DNA of 64,000 bases from NCBI GenBank assembly GCA_964188305.1, contig OZ076888.1. One strand, given 5' to 3'. The position numbers and the translations under genes are program-made. Within the stretch, counting starts at the first letter, position 1. Every line of letters begins with the position of its first letter. Shown here in pieces: positions 1-15,384 of the stretch. Origin of the DNA: Podarcis bocagei. Lineage: Eukaryota. Under the pieces are notes generated by a model, which was not told where the DNA came from, made no database searches, and saw only the letters and a program-made list of their open reading frames with translations.

Positions 1-382
1 TCACACAGGCCTACTACCCACTCCTGTTCTAGGCACCACAGGGCTCCTTTGTGTGACTCACAATCCCCAATTTAGGAAGGCCTGATATTTATGTAGAAAA
101 GATGCTATGGGAAAACAGCTTATTTTTATATTACCTTGTAGCAGATGTAGTTAAAGTGCAGGTGATTCTCGAAACAAGGTTTCTTCAGAAATCTGTGATT
201 GGTTAATTTATTACTGACTGATTTATCATTTCATGTTTTAAAATTATGCCATTGTTCTTTATGCTAGTGTAGTAGTTTTGCTTTTAATAGCTGTCAGCTA
301 CTTTGAAGACTTGGCTGGGCATAATTTTTAAAAAAGAATTCATGATTTCACAAAGAAGAACCTGAGAAATGATATTACTTAC

Positions 383-549
383 AGGCTCCTGCATGGGGTG
401 ACTTAGAGGTTTGTCAAGAGCTGCCATGTTACTGGGCATGTCTGGAGGGTGTGACAACTGAGGAGGCCCATGCATGAAGTCATTCATAGAAGTTCCACCA
501 GGATTCCCGTGTGGAAAATCAAAATTGCTGTGACCTTGGTAACTGTTAC
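383..549 (-). CDS. ZMIZ1: ZMIZ1 exon, [56 protein letters not shown]
   Basis: Acceptor gtctag|GT, donor CCT|gtaagt; 167 bp. Confidence 0.95.
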
Positions 550-708
550 CTAGACAGCAGAAAGAGAGGGAGAGTTACTTTAAAAGAGTACTTCAAATCC
601 ACACCTTTACCCAAATGCACAATGTGATCGTTGTACAAAAATAAGAGATAAGAGCTCTTTATACAGGAGTTAACAACATTATTGCCTCTTTATAGTCTAA
701 TATGTATT

Positions 709-716
709 CACACACA

Positions 717-774
<58 letters not shown>
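709..774. repeat. (CA)n(GA)n compound microsatellite
   Basis: Direct inspection. Confidence 0.95.
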
Positions 775-2590
775 CATTATATAAGGCAAATATATAATAA
801 ATAAACCGTTGACTTGTAATGTGACTGCTTGCCTAACAAATGATTTCTGTGGAATACGTTGTGTTCAAAAAGTGGAACCAGCATGTGTCAGTTAAAAAAA
901 TAAAGTTTTAAAGGCTGCTTGCTCAGGCCATCTAATAAAAATGAAAATATAAGGAAAAATGGGATGGAGAAAGAGATGCAGACAAAAACATAAACCCCAC
1001 ATTTAACACACACTGAGGTCTATTCAGCAGTGTCTTTATCTCCTCTCCCCCCGTTACTACTCCTGACCTGGCCAACTGTCCCTCAAACCTATGCTAAAGG
1101 TCTGTGTCTTTTTTTCTTGAGCATCTCAGTTAAATCTCTTAACTGCAATGGCAGCCCTTGTGGTTTAAATGCTGTGAACTAGGAACAGAACTAAAACTGC
1201 TAAGTTATTTCACATAAGCCACTGAACAGGATCATGTTGAGCTTTGAAATAATAGGGCAGCTTTGCAGCTTGCCCAGAGGGGATACAGTTTTGTCAACTG
1301 AAGAGCAGCAGCTTTACAACAGTCAAGCCAAAACAGAGTTTGATGGGACTTGAAGCATCTGCATCATTTGCTTTCCGGCACAAGCTCAATTTGAGGAGAA
1401 ATTTAATCTCAGAGGAACAGAAGTCATTAGCTGCGTAAGACTATTTCTTGGGGAAGCGGAGGCTTTGATCTGTCATGTAAATACAGCAGAGCCTTGCTAA
1501 TTCTCACTTTGCTAATCTGCAAACCGGCTAAGGCTGCCATCCTTTGCATGCTGACTCGGGGGTGCACCCCACTGAACGCAGTGGGATTGGCTTCTAAGAA
1601 ATATACATATGATCAGGTTGCATGTCTTGCAGAGCTTAGCAGCCCCCACCTCCCTACCTTTCACAGCACTGATTTAAGAGCAGGAAGCTCTTGATACATG
1701 TCTCTTATGTACACATCACAATTTTCTACAAGTTGTAACACAGTATGCCGAAATGTGAAGGTTAATAATTAAGTCTAAATCACCCGTGTGAAACTTGTTG
1801 ATCAAAACCTTGCTCCATGATGCCTCTCCGTGCAGGTAGAAAGGAAGGATGGCAATTTTGCTTAAACCCTGTCACTAAGCTTTTTTTGAAAAAAAAGTAT
1901 TTGTATTGATTTTTACTAAATATGCAAGAAATCATTACTGGAATTGTAAAGGCACACATTTCCTTAAATCATCTAGAACAATCAGACAACAAAAAAGGAA
2001 GAAAAATAAACAAAAACATGCTCCCGTTTCATCCCATCTATTTTGCTGCATATACATCAACTGTCACCAACCTGGTGCCCTCCTGGCGTTTTGGGCTACA
2101 GCACCGATCAGCCCCAACCAGCATGACCAATGGTCAGGAACGATGAGCGCTGTAGTTTGAAACACCTGAAGGGCACCAGGTTAGTATGTATGTGCTTCAT
2201 AAACCAGCAGATAAGCATCTTCTGCACGTCTCTGCATGCCTGCACCACTGTAGCATCCTTTAAAAAATTGCATCAGATGCTTACTTCTTTTGTGACACAT
2301 GGAAGTTCTCAAATGGCTCTCTCCCCTCTCCCCACAGCAATATCAAGCCATTTTCCTCTTCACTGTGTAATCTCCCTTCCAAACCATAAGCAGAACACCT
2401 GTGACCCCTGCCACTCAATTTAAGGACTGCCTACTGTTCTGCCAATAGGATGCTTCACCAACCTGTTTCAGATCAACTGCCTGGAAGAGGAAGATATGCT
2501 CACAACTGCTTCTGAGGTGGGCAGTAGATGGTTAGTGGCAGATACTGTTTGATGGATGCAAACACGCATACTCAAAACGTTTAAACCCAC

Positions 2591-2838
2591 CTTGGTTACT
2601 GTATTCATTGGAATTGTTGCCGCCGGGTGGAGGTGGGATTGAGGGGTAAGGTGATGGGCCTGGACCCAAAGCCGCAATCATCTCCATCACATTAGGCATG
2701 ATCATCTGGCTGGGACTCATGGTTTTAAACCTCTTGGAAGGCATGCCGTCTGGATCATCTTTGATGTGAATGTCTGACTTGATTGGGACAGGCCTCCAGC
2801 TGCACGTTGGGTCAATTGTGACTTCCTCAAACTCTGAG
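2591..2838 (-). CDS. ZMIZ1: ZMIZ1 exon, [22 protein letters not shown]...[27 protein letters not shown]...NEYSNQ
   Basis: Acceptor tacag|CTC, donor CAAG|gtgggt; 248 bp. Confidence 0.95.
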
Positions 2839-3423
2839 CTGTAAAATAAAAGAGGCGCTCCACACTACTGTGTCTCCTTGATACTGTACACACACACACA
2901 CACCCCAGTAGAAGTGGCCATTCTTAAATTAGGTCCACAAACCCATTATCTGAAAAGCTCTGCTTGGATGGTTCTGAACCAACAAGCATGTCTGTTTACT
3001 CAGACAAATCCACAGCAGCATAAGCTCCTTTGTATAGCCTTGCAAAACTAGCTACGCTTTTCTCGGAACAAACATACTTTCCTCTGCACGCCACTTCTCT
3101 CATTGGCCACTTAATAGGACTGTCATTGATGGGGTGAGGTTGTTAACAGCAGGTTAATACAAAGTCGCTTTACTGGGCCAAGCAGGCAGCAGATGTGCCA
3201 CAAGTATAACCCACGGTAGACCTGCTTTGGATTTGAAGTGGCCAATGCCTATTTATTATTTCAGTTTGTTGTCTCTCTTCTCCTTGCTATCAATGTACAG
3301 CTCAAAGACCTAAAGCTTAATGGATTTCTGCACTTAAAATCAGTGCCCAGAAAAAAACCTCTGGAGTAGAACAGCATCAAAAACAAAGGGATTCCACATT
3401 TTCCAATGGTAAAATTACACTTA

Positions 3424-3522
<99 letters not shown>

Positions 3523-4475
3523 TTACAAACATGGGCACACACATGTTCATGACGCTCTGTAGAACATTTCTAAAAGTCCGTCCCCTGCCCTGACGAACTT
3601 ACAAGTAATATTTTTTTCTAATTCTCATAATCTGAATTTAGATTGTATTTACATGGAGTTCATTTTGGTGTGGACTATGAAGGGGTTTAATCAGTAATTC
3701 TCAAACAACATCACTTGAGGTCTGTAGAGTGTGCACACTTGTGAAATTCCAAGGAGGGATTGGTGCCTGAGACAGGTGGGGTCTTTTCCCAATCAAAGCA
3801 GGGGGAGACTGAACGTTCCTGGTAGTGGGCCTTACTAATTTATGTTGGACTTGTAGAAAACCATCAAATCACAGCTTCAGATTTTGCAGAAAGGGACAGT
3901 TTTAGGTTAAGACAGAGACTGAAAATATCTTCAGAGAACCTTTTCCTTATCAGCATGCTTCTATGGAACCCTTGTACATCATAAAGGGTACTGCAGAATA
4001 TCTAATGGCACACAATTCACACAGGCATTGGCCAGGGCTCTTTGATCTCATGGTATGAGCTGAAACAGTGCCCTAAAACACTTTCTGCCTTACCCTAAAT
4101 TTTCTTTTCCAGTTAGAGCAAAGACGCAGAATTTGTGTAGTAGTGGTTGGTTTTCTTTTAAACACTACTGTACATTTTGCGTCCTCAATAATTTCGAGCC
4201 ATTCCCCACACACAAGGATTTCAAAGGAAAAGCCTTTATGCATTCCAAACTATTTGCTCTTCAAATGTCAAATGGGTCACCTCTCGTGAAAAAGAAAATA
4301 CATATTAAAAATACTGAATTTTTAAAATGGCCTCTCCTATTATTCTCTACATTTTCATGCATCTTATTCAATCATCTCATATTCTTCCTCCTCTTAAAAC
4401 ATAATCTCAGTGGTTGCAAAAAAAAGGTTTTTAAAAAAATTCTCACTGCAACTTATATTGAATAGCCACACTTAC

Positions 4476-4543
4476 TTGCATACAGGACACCTCCACGTCC
4501 CTCGTTCACAGTTCAGCTGCAAGTAGGATTCCAGATCAAAGCA
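4476..4543 (-). CDS. ZMIZ1: ZMIZ1 exon, SP-RING, CFDLESYLQLNCERGTWRCPVC(N)
   Basis: Manual translation; acceptor tacag|TGC, donor AA|gtaagt; 68 bp. Confidence 0.96.
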
Positions 4544-4826
4544 CTGTAAAACAAGAAGTCAGTGATATTAGCTACACAACTCTACTTTCAAATTGATTAC
4601 TAATAATAATAAATTTCAAGTTCCTTGGGAATTAATAACAAATGCACTAAGGGGTGAACAAAGAGGACTCATTGGAATTCATGTTCATGCTAAATTTATA
4701 CTGTTCTGAGGATTACTTTGAATTTGTGATCGACCAGGAAAGAGAAGCCCACACCGCCCATGTATGGTGCTCCATTAGGGGCTTGATAGTTCTCCATATT
4801 TTGCTGGGGTTTGCTGCGTGCTGTCA

Positions 4827-5072
<246 letters not shown>

Positions 5073-5236
5073 TCAAGAAAGATGGCGCAAGGGGGTGAGA
5101 ATACAATAAATATGGGGCACCATCTTAACGTTGCTGCATGAATTCTGCGCCCCGTATAAAATTCCCGAGACAGAATTGAGTTTCAGCCCTACATTTAGCT
5201 CATTCTATGAGCATAAGCAGAGAAGATATCACCCTA

Positions 5237-5368
<132 letters not shown>

Positions 5369-5703
5369 TCAAAATTAATTCATCTGTGTGGGGTACATCT
5401 TCCATTAAACAAATCAGAGATCCTGGCTTTGGGTACTATATCGCATGATGGAGAGGCAGCTACACAGAAAGACACAGCTCCTACCTTTAGGAATCCTCCC
5501 ACCCGTTAAGATCATTAGGGAAAGCGCAGTGGTTCAAATTCATCCCAAGAGATGCATTCCACTGTCTCTCGAGACAGATGGACGCCAACACCACCTCCCA
5601 CCAGCCCCAGTAAATGTGGCCATTGAACAGGGATGATGATGAGTGCAGTTTAGCAACATCTGAAGGGCCTTTCCTACTAGGGATCTGATGGAACACTGCA
5701 TCA

Positions 5704-6057
<354 letters not shown>

Positions 6058-7291
6058 TCAATTTCCCCTTGTTTCTGAAAGCCGTGGATACATTTTTCTG
6101 CCCCCTTAATTTTGTTTTGTGCAACATGATACTCTTTTAAATTATTTGACAAATAAGCACATGATACACATCTTGTATGGGCGGGTTATTTACATAAGGA
6201 AGAGTGTGGTGTTATATATTTTGAGAGTAGTAATAATATCGATACTTTACAGTTCAATACGACTTTTCATATGGTTGACCTCAAAGTGCTTTACGCAAAG
6301 GTGGGCTTCTAAGCAGCAGAGAGGGGGAAAGGTGCGGTCAGGAAGGTCCTCAAGAATTAGGATTTAGAAATGAGAAAGTAAAATATGTTACCATAATCAA
6401 AGAGTAAATAGACAGTCTCATCCTGCCTAAATCACATTCCCTTCTGTTCACCAGAAAGCAACACTAGAAAGGTGACCAGCAGAAAATAACTGACCCAAAA
6501 GTAAACACCATGCAGCAAGCACAAGCAACAATCCTTTCCTGGTTGCCAGTTCAGTGTTTATTGCGAAGAAACACAGGCATTTAAACATGTGTGGTCCAAT
6601 CACATTTGATTGTACCACATGTGTTTTTGTCATTTAAACTTGGGTACATCTTCTGCCTGGTTAAAAAAGCTACATCGTGAATCAGCCCTGAAATGCCACT
6701 AAACATGAGTTTGCGTAAGGTATAAGTGCTCATGGCATTCTCACTCTGCTTTAGAAACAGATAAGAAAAACATAGGAAGGTTAAAGATGAACTGAGATTT
6801 CATTTTCTCCTAATGTGCTGAAGCATCCAGAAAGAATCGGGATTACGTGTTGAAAGCTGAAAAGAAGAGCTGAAGAATTTGAAAGATGGCAGTCAAAGAC
6901 AGCAGAGTCTAGAGCTCTGTGAACCCCAAATTATGGCACATCCAGGGGCCTTTGGAAGCTTTTGCTTTCTGCTGCTCTTAAATGCAGCTTGTTGCAACCA
7001 AACTGGGGCTTGTGGTGCTGAAACAAGCCAGCTTAATAACCCATGGCCTGAAGCTGGTATGAATGATGTTGACTCCAGCCAGGATTTAAAGCAGGAATCC
7101 TGATTTGAACAAAATGATAAGCTGCACTTAAAGAATCAGAAAGGAGAAGTTTCTGAAGTCCTCCTGGTTACACCTGATGGGATGAAGGAGATTGTGAGCC
7201 AAACACCTACTGTGACTTGTGCAGAAGCACAACCGATCAATGTTGGTTTTTGATCCATGCCAGTGGCTATAAAGCCAGTTGCAGCTCTGGC

Positions 7292-7636
7292 CAGGGACGC
7301 GGACTTATAAAAAATATTGGGGGGGGGGGCAGGAAAGCTCATGAATAATAAATAAGCTCATGAATATGCAAATAAAGTGGCGCCGCCTCCTCGTGAGCGA
7401 ATAGGGGAGAGCGTGCTGCGCCTATTAATCAGCTCCGAAGGAAATTGGGTGGAGCTTTTGCTCGGGAGGGAGGGCAGGAGGCATGCAGCCCGACCCTGTG
7501 CATTTTGGGCTGGGGGAGGGGCGGCGATGGCGCTCTGCTGGAGGGGCGCCGGAGATTATTGGGGGGGCAGAGCCCCCCTAAACGAATTTTTGAGGGGGCT
7601 CGGGCCCCCTCAAGCCCCATGGAGTCGGCGCCTATG
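7292..7636. mobile_element. hAT-type MITE (345 bp) with GC-rich interior
   Basis: Perfect 8-bp TSD GCTCTGGC (7284-7291, 7637-7644); imperfect TIRs CAGGGACGCGGACT / AGTCGGCGCCTATG. Confidence 0.85.
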
Positions 7637-9174
7637 GCTCTGGCCCATCTGCGCCTTCATCAAGGGTTGTCCTCCTCCCCACTTGGCTGCCACACAGTGG
7701 TGACAGTGTGTCCTGCACACATTGCCAGTGGGCCCCATCATACATTTGGCTCCCTAAAGAACATATGTTTGGCAAGCATAACAAATCCATAGTCCCCTGA
7801 AAGGGTGGGCTGGAGAGCCAAAGGTGTATTGGGTTGGGGGTTTTCCACAAGAGCAAATTCCAAACAGATCTCAGCCATATGGTGCTTGTATAAACATAAG
7901 AAAACCAACTTGAAGTAGGGAGCCAGGAAGTACTGGTTTTTTGATATGTTTATGGAAATACAATGGGTGGAATGTTGTGGCTAGAATGGGACCTTTGAGT
8001 GAAGGGCAGGCTATAAATAACTGAATGAAATACATGTTGTTATTTATTAAACGCTTCAACAGTATTTGGCATATTATAAATTATATCTACTGGACTGTTT
8101 TTGTCTTACCATTGTGAGCTGCTTTGAGTATTGCTGTGCATGGTAAAGTGACCAAATAAAGCACAACAAACAAAACAATAACATAATAAAGACAGCCTCA
8201 GTTACGGTTTCATGTCACTGTATCTCTTGCCTCTATGACAGCTGGTGTGTAATTATGGAACAGCCTCTCCATGGAGGCTTACGAGGCAACACTGCTGCAG
8301 CTTGTGCTGGAAGCTAAGACCATCTTATTTTCCCAGACTTTTTTATTTTTGACAGCCAAATTTTGATAAGACTGGTGTAATGGTGCTGTGCTATATTTTT
8401 AGGCTATTACCCTGGGGTGGTGTTTTTTTCCGTTTTGCTAAAAGGCTTTGAGGTGTCCCCCCTTCCCAAGGTATGTATGTCATTAATGCTTCAGGTGTAT
8501 CCAAAGCAAATCTGGCTGCCACAAAGTATGGAGCTACTCTACACTCAAAATCCTAACGCTTGGGTTCCTGGTCTGCCTGCTACTATGGTGGCTGTTAATA
8601 TATGTGCAATATTAAGATTAAAGCAATAAAATTGTTTCCATGGTGTTCTGTGCTGCCTGGATAACTTGTGCAAGCTAAGAAGATGGATGTGTGCGCTCTC
8701 TCTCTGAACAATAGATGAGTGAACCACCACCGTCAACTTAAATTCTTAATTTTTTATGTCCTCACAAGAGAATTAAACACAATTTTATATTGGCATAAAT
8801 TATTTCCAAGAGAAAAGTTGCATGATGCATAAAGTCATAATAAAATCCTGCTGCTATAGCAGAATCAGCTAGAAGCCAAATACTTCAATTTTAGGAAACA
8901 TCTCCACCAATCTTATTTCACCTGTTCTCAGCAAAGGGGGAGAGTCAGGACTTGTCTTAAAGGTTGTATTGTTGTCTGTTAGATTTCTGAAGGAAGTGTG
9001 TAGATGCTTCCGAACCACTGATTTAATGCAGTCTGGATGTCAGAATGTGACCCTACTTCCCAAGGCAAAATAGGTTACAGCCTCCCCCCCCCCCCCAGCC
9101 ACCAAAGGAAGAGAGCATCTCGTCTGCTCTTTTGTTCTCAAGCCTTCAAGGTCTGCCCCACACCACAAACCTAC

Positions 9175-9316
9175 CTCCACATTAGCGTCTGATGCACCGT
9201 GGGCCGTAGGTGAAAGACATGGTTGCTGACCGCCAAATTGTGTTCCAGCCGGAAGGGCTCTAATACGACCCCGTCTCTCACAGGGAACGTCAAGCGCAGT
9301 TCATCGTTATGGTTGG
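9175..9316 (-). CDS. ZMIZ1: ZMIZ1 exon, [46 protein letters not shown](R)
   Basis: Acceptor cccag|CC, donor AG|gtaggt; 142 bp. Confidence 0.96.
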
Positions 9317-10783
9317 CTGGGATCGAAGAGGGAGAGAAAGCGTGAACTTTCCCTTTAGCATCTGCAGTGCGATAACAACGCATATATTTATACTGGACAA
9401 TATGACACGGCTCACTGATCTTTTGCTGGGCTGATCTTACGGCCTATTCTGGCATCACCCTTCCACTCACATGCATGCAGTGTGAATGGGAGTTCTGTGT
9501 TTATTTGAGCATCTGCTATATCTGACTTTACCCATCCTTTGCTAATAACTGCAAACCTGCCCCCCCCCCCGCTTCCATCTTCAGAATAATCCTGTTATAT
9601 TCCCTCTGCTCCACTGCCCAGAGCAACCCTGTGGGGAAGGTTAGATTGGGACACCATGGCTGGCCAAAAGTCACCCAGTGAACACTGAGACACACTGGTT
9701 TCCCCAGCCGTAGTTCTAATCTAATCTAATCTATTACACCATGCGGGCTCTCAAGTCACTTCCCTGCCTTGAGATACAGAACTTGCTTTTGTATAGGGCA
9801 GCGAAAAAAGTTTGCAGGTTTGAGCTCACTGTGCACAGGGATGGGGAAGGAGGAAGTAATGTCCTAGTGACCCCGAGGATGAGCAGCCTGTTGCCCCTGG
9901 GCCTCAGAGAATTTTATCACAGTCCCACAGGTTTTGGCTTAGAACCCCAAGATCATCTGCTTTCATGTTAAATGATAAATCTAGTTTTGCAGCCCATATG
10001 ACTACAGAGGTATCTCTAGTTGCATTCCGCTCTTGTTACGGAACGGCACCCCAAAATGGATTAAGTCCGCAACTAGAGGTACAACTGTATAGAGATTTGT
10101 AAATATGCAGCAACAGTCAAACTCTTAGGTAACAAATACCCTGAAAATACAAATGAAAATAGTGTTTTAAGAGGCTCTTTGGACGTTACATTCCTTCAGG
10201 ATTGTCGCTTGGCAGAGTGGCTTGCACCTTGCAGCCAAACAGCCAAGATCCTACAGTTACTTGAATACGGGATCCCCCAGGGTCAGGGGAGATCCTGTAT
10301 TGGCACAACTGTGGGACTGCCTAGTGTGGCTGTCCTATAGTGGCAAGAGTGAGAGAGAGCACTTGAGAACCTGGCCCAGTGTCACCCAAGGAGACTTTAA
10401 ATATGGCAAATAAAGGAATATATAAGTGGGAGGGGGGAATCCACCCTCCATTTCCCATTGCTGTACACTGCAGATCTCTTCCTCCATTATGACAATTTCA
10501 GCCTGATTCTATCTACTTTTATCCAGAAATAAGTTCTACTGATTTTGATTAGAGTTGCTTCCAGACAAGTATGCCAAAAACTGAAGCATTTATGTTTTCT
10601 TCTATTTAGTTAACCTTTCGTAAGGCTGCCGGTCACCCCATGTATCAACGGGCAATCAACATTTCTGTCTAGAAGGCAGCAAGCAGGCTGGTATTTATCG
10701 AGCAAAGTTTCTGGGACATGCAGTTTGTGGAAAGGAGAAAGCAGGGTTACGGGAAAAACTGGGAAGCTTCATTTGCTACTTAC

Positions 10784-10958
10784 TTGGAGGTGGTGGTAAA
10801 GCATTGATATTTGGTTTAATGTCAGGTGGGAATGGCGGTTTGACATCTTGATTAGGGGACAGGTATGGAGGAATATTGCTCCCTGGAGTCATAGGTGGCG
10901 TGGGGTTTCCTGGAACAGGTGAGTGAGGGTAATTCGCCACAGGAACAGGCCTTGATGG
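10784..10958 (-). CDS. ZMIZ1: ZMIZ1 exon, [26 protein letters not shown]...INALPPPP
   Basis: Acceptor ttttgcag|CCA, donor A|gtaagt; 175 bp. Confidence 0.96.
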
Positions 10959-12259
10959 CTGCAAAATGGTAATTGCAATTGAAAAGAGAAGAGAAGAAAA
11001 TTATTGCAAGTGCCCCACAGCAGTGGAATGTGAACTAAAACACCAGGCGATGCGAACATAGACGTATTAACACAACACGCAATGACACAGGGAAGGGCTG
11101 TACAACTCTTGATCCACCATGTCAAATGAAGCCCACCAGCCATATGTGGCAGCCAACCAGGGACTTAATCAACACCCTATTTTGCTGCCTACTATAGTGC
11201 TTACATTTAAAATAGGAAGAAGCAACAGCTTCTGGCTGGCCACAATACAAAGCTGATGAGCGCACTTTGCTTGGTGGATTAAGCTATGCAAGCCTAACAC
11301 AGGGAGATCTATAATTTGAGAACATTAGGACTTCCTGGCAGCTCTTGTCAAGCTGAGAAAGCTATTGCTCGAAATGTCACCGTAATCACACAATTACATT
11401 TTCTATAAGTAACAACCGCAAAACAGTTAAGAAGCGGGCCTCCAAAACGGTGAAAAACAGGAACACACTGAGGGGAAATAGAAACAGATGTCTGGTGAGT
11501 GGAATTATAACCACAAAGTCCTGATAAGCTGAGGCAGAGTCTTGCAACAAAGCAAAGAAATGGAAACAGAAAAAAGTTGGCATTTTTAAAATGGAAGGAG
11601 ATTCCGCTGTTCAAAGAGGGAAGGTGCTCACGAAGAAACTCGCAAGGAGGACTCTGAGGAAAGGATGGCAGCACTCAAGGGAATAACACACAAATGAGAA
11701 CATAGAAGGTGGCAGCTGTTAAAATGGCAGACACCCACAGTCAAACAGAGGCAAAGGTAAGAAACTCATTGTCTCAGAAATTACGTCCATCAAACCCATC
11801 ATAGAATTCAACGCAACAAAGCTATTACAGTCCAAAGAAGCACACCAACTGGGGAAAATGTCCTGAGGAGAGTGGGGAGCCAACAGACAAAGAATTGCTT
11901 CCAAGTGGGCAGGAAAACAAGCTGGTGGATTCCAGGAGAGCCAGCCCTCAGTTAATCTTTCCTGCCTTTGACCACAAGGTGGAGCCATACCCCTTGGTGA
12001 TTACCTTCATTACCCAATGAGAGAAACTGCAGCCGCTGCCTCTCTTAAAGTTTAGTTACAAATTACTGCACACTTTGACCTTATTATGCTGTTTCCTCAC
12101 TCCTGCCACCATCGTCCAGTGATGTGGGTGTGGAAACACATGTACTACACAAAACAAAGCTGGAAGGAAATAACTCAGTATGGAGTGAATGTTTTAGTGA
12201 CTCCTTGCTCCTTATAACCTCCATGGTCAGTGGGCTCTCAGATTAGTTATTGTTACTTA

Positions 12260-12485
12260 TTACGCAGAAACTGGCTAAATGACTCATCAGCTCAGCATTG
12301 TGAGAAGCTCAACAACTTAAACCCTAAACAAAGTTCAACAACTTCAATCCTAAAAAAAGCTCTACAAACTTTGGGGAAAAATTATAAAAAAAACTCAACT
12401 TCAATCCTAAAAAAGGTTAACAACTTTGGTCGGCCCTTCACTTCATCACATCTGGCCCTCTTTGAAAAAAGTTTGGACAGCACTG
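12260..12485. mobile_element. Truncated hAT-like element, one end only; left boundary approximate
   Basis: Ends ...GGCCC...AAAAAAGTTTGGACAGCACTG (hAT-like TIR with GGCCC subterminal motifs); internal repeat CAACTTCAATCCTAAAAAA occurs twice. Confidence 0.55.
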
Positions 12486-13871
12486 GTGTATGCTGACACC
12501 AGACAAGTGGTGGAAAGAAAGCTGGTCTCCCCTAAGCCACAGTTAGTTGGATGGAAGCAATGCCTCCCGGGAGTGATCCTGGTACTCTTTTGCATGTTTT
12601 ACACCTCAGAAAGGGGAATGCTTTTGGCCAGGGGGTGCTAACCTGAGGGAGGCCTTGCAGATGTTGCAAGACAACAACTTGCACCATCCCTGACTAGAGA
12701 GGGGGAGGAATTCAGTTCAGTTCCCATTTAAAAGTGAAGTTTCCCAATTCACCCTTTCAGAAACAATGTCAGGACTGGAACAGGGGCATCCTTCAAAATT
12801 TGCATTTTGAAATGCAGTTCTCCAGGCAAGTAATGTGTAGAAAAGTGCATATATCATGAGTCTGTTATAACATACACGAATGCATTATATTTGGGGAAAT
12901 TGTTTTGGGAGTCCAGCAGCACGCAGAGAGAGGAAGGGTGGTCACCTCTGCTTTACCCTCCAGCATTCTGCATGAAAATAGGGACATTTGAATGGGGTGC
13001 TCCTATGTTCATGAGGAATGTTGATAGTAATTGCTGGTGGGGCAGAGACAACCAGTGGAGATGGAGGTCCTTTGGTAGCAAACCATCTGCTCATAATGGT
13101 CAATGAAGCACCAGAAGGAACTTGGAAGAACAGCATTGCATTGCCCAGGAATTATCTTTGATTCATCATGACTCCCAGACAGCTTTGATGCTCCATCATT
13201 CCATATACAGAACCATGTCATCCACACTGTAGTCCATGGCAGAGAGAAGTGGAGAGATGGTTCAACATCACTGGGCTGGTACATTTTACACCATGGCTAC
13301 TGTTGTCCTTACTATTTTAGAAGTGTTCTAGGACATGGAAACTTGACAGGTAATTGTGATAGTATCACTCCATTTCTTAATCTCACAGATATACAAACAA
13401 TGCTGGCAAATATACAGATAAGCAACAGCTGTTTTATGAAACTTGAGAAAAAGAGATACAAACTTAAGTCAACAGGAACTTACTATTTCAGGGTGGCCCA
13501 GCTTTTCATACCAAGTAGGCCACAAGAGTACATGGACAGGGAACCCGCAGGCCACACACATACGCGTGGAGGGGGGGGGCGCGAGGGAACGAGGCAAAAA
13601 TATGACCATCCCCTCCAGCCCTTGCGCTGACTTCCCAAAGCCAGGAAGGCAAGGCACCAGGCTCTTGCAGGCTCCTAGAGCCTTCCTGCCTTATTCCCAA
13701 AGCTGGGAAAGCACTAACTGGGCTTTGGGAAGGAGACAGGACCCTGTCAGAGCCTCACACCTCCTTCCTAAAACCCAGCACCTTCTTACAAGAAAGGCAT
13801 CAAGGGCTGCCAAAAAGACATTGAGGGCTGTATGCAGCCTGTTCTAGTTGCAGCCTGATTGTTTGGGTGTT

Positions 13872-13973
13872 GTTCAACTAAGATTTACTCAGAGTAGGCC
13901 CATTTAAATTAATGGCCCTCAGTCGTGTTCATTAATTTCAATGGGTCTAGTTTTAAGTAAAATCTAGTTGAAT
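13872..13973. mobile_element. Degenerate palindromic MITE-like element
   Basis: Imperfect inverted arms TTCAACTA...CCCATT / AATGGG...TAGTTGAA. Confidence 0.5.
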
Positions 13974-14038
13974 ATAGCTCCAAAAAGTCACCTATACTTA
14001 TTTACAGATTCCAGAATGGAGCTTGTGAACTCCGCTTA

Positions 14039-14260
<222 letters not shown>

Positions 14261-14971
14261 CTATTTTGTAAAAAAGGGAAGGCAAATTAGAAAGTGCACC
14301 TCCAGCTGAATGCAACTGATCTCCCTATGTAGTGGAATTGACTTCAAACAAAAATGATCACAAGCAAATGGTTTGACTTCATTATACCTTGGCTGACACT
14401 TTCAAATGTTAGTGTGGTAATTAAAAACCTAAATTGTTTAATTGCCAGGCTCTGCTGAATACTAGCAAGTCCCATCAGCCCAGTCGGAGTGCTCAGGCCA
14501 AGAAAGTGATGTTTCTGATAGTTTTAAGTGTAGGGCTTAAAAGAAACATTGATTTATAAAAATGGGATAAAATCCAGTCAAAGCGGAGCACTTTAAAATC
14601 CAATACTGACAAACTTCCTAAAATTTCTCTCACTGAATTCAGTGGGATTTAAAAGTGCTTAACTCTGGTGTGGACTGTTCCTATTATAAATGATGAGGCA
14701 TAATTTACTCACCATCAATTATATATTTTACAGCACCACAAAAACACTGATTTTCAGGAAAGGCAGTATAAAGCACATATAAATCTTAATAGCAGTGCAC
14801 ATTCTGGAGACCTAAAATATATAACCACATATATAGCTGTGGAGTTGTATGCCTCACAGAGTAAATGAAATTACCATCAACACACACCCAGCCATGTATT
14901 AAATTTCAGTGACTGGTGCATAAATCATGTGTGAGTTTTTTTGCAAATTATCTATCATCCATATAATGAAA

Positions 14972-15012
<41 letters not shown>

Positions 15013-15310
15013 ATAATATTTGTACACTGCCCATCTGACTCTGGGTGGCTTCCAACATATATATATATAAACATAATAAAACATTACATGTTAAAAGGCC
15101 TCCCTATATAGAGCTGCCTTCAGATGTCTTCTAAAGGTTATGTAGTTACTCATCTCCTTGACCTCTGACGGGAGGGCGTTCCACAGGGGGTGGGTGCCAC
15201 TACCGAGAAGGCCCTCTGCCTGGTTCCCTGTCGCTTCACTTCTCGCAGTGAGGGAACCGCCAGAAGGTCCTCAGTGCTGGATCTCAGTGTCCAAGCCGAA
15301 TGACGGGGGT
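14972..15310 (-). mobile_element. L2/CR1-group LINE 3' fragment with (TAC)n tail
   Basis: (TAC)n at 14972-15012 followed by GGGAGGGCGTTCCACAGGG...ACCGAGAAGGCCCT, which I recognise as a reverse-oriented squamate LINE 3' end. Confidence 0.65.
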
Positions 15311-15384
15311 TGGCCACACTCCTTCAGAAACACATCATCTGTATAGCATGCATAAGAGCAGGAGAAGCCTCTGCTGCTACTCAC

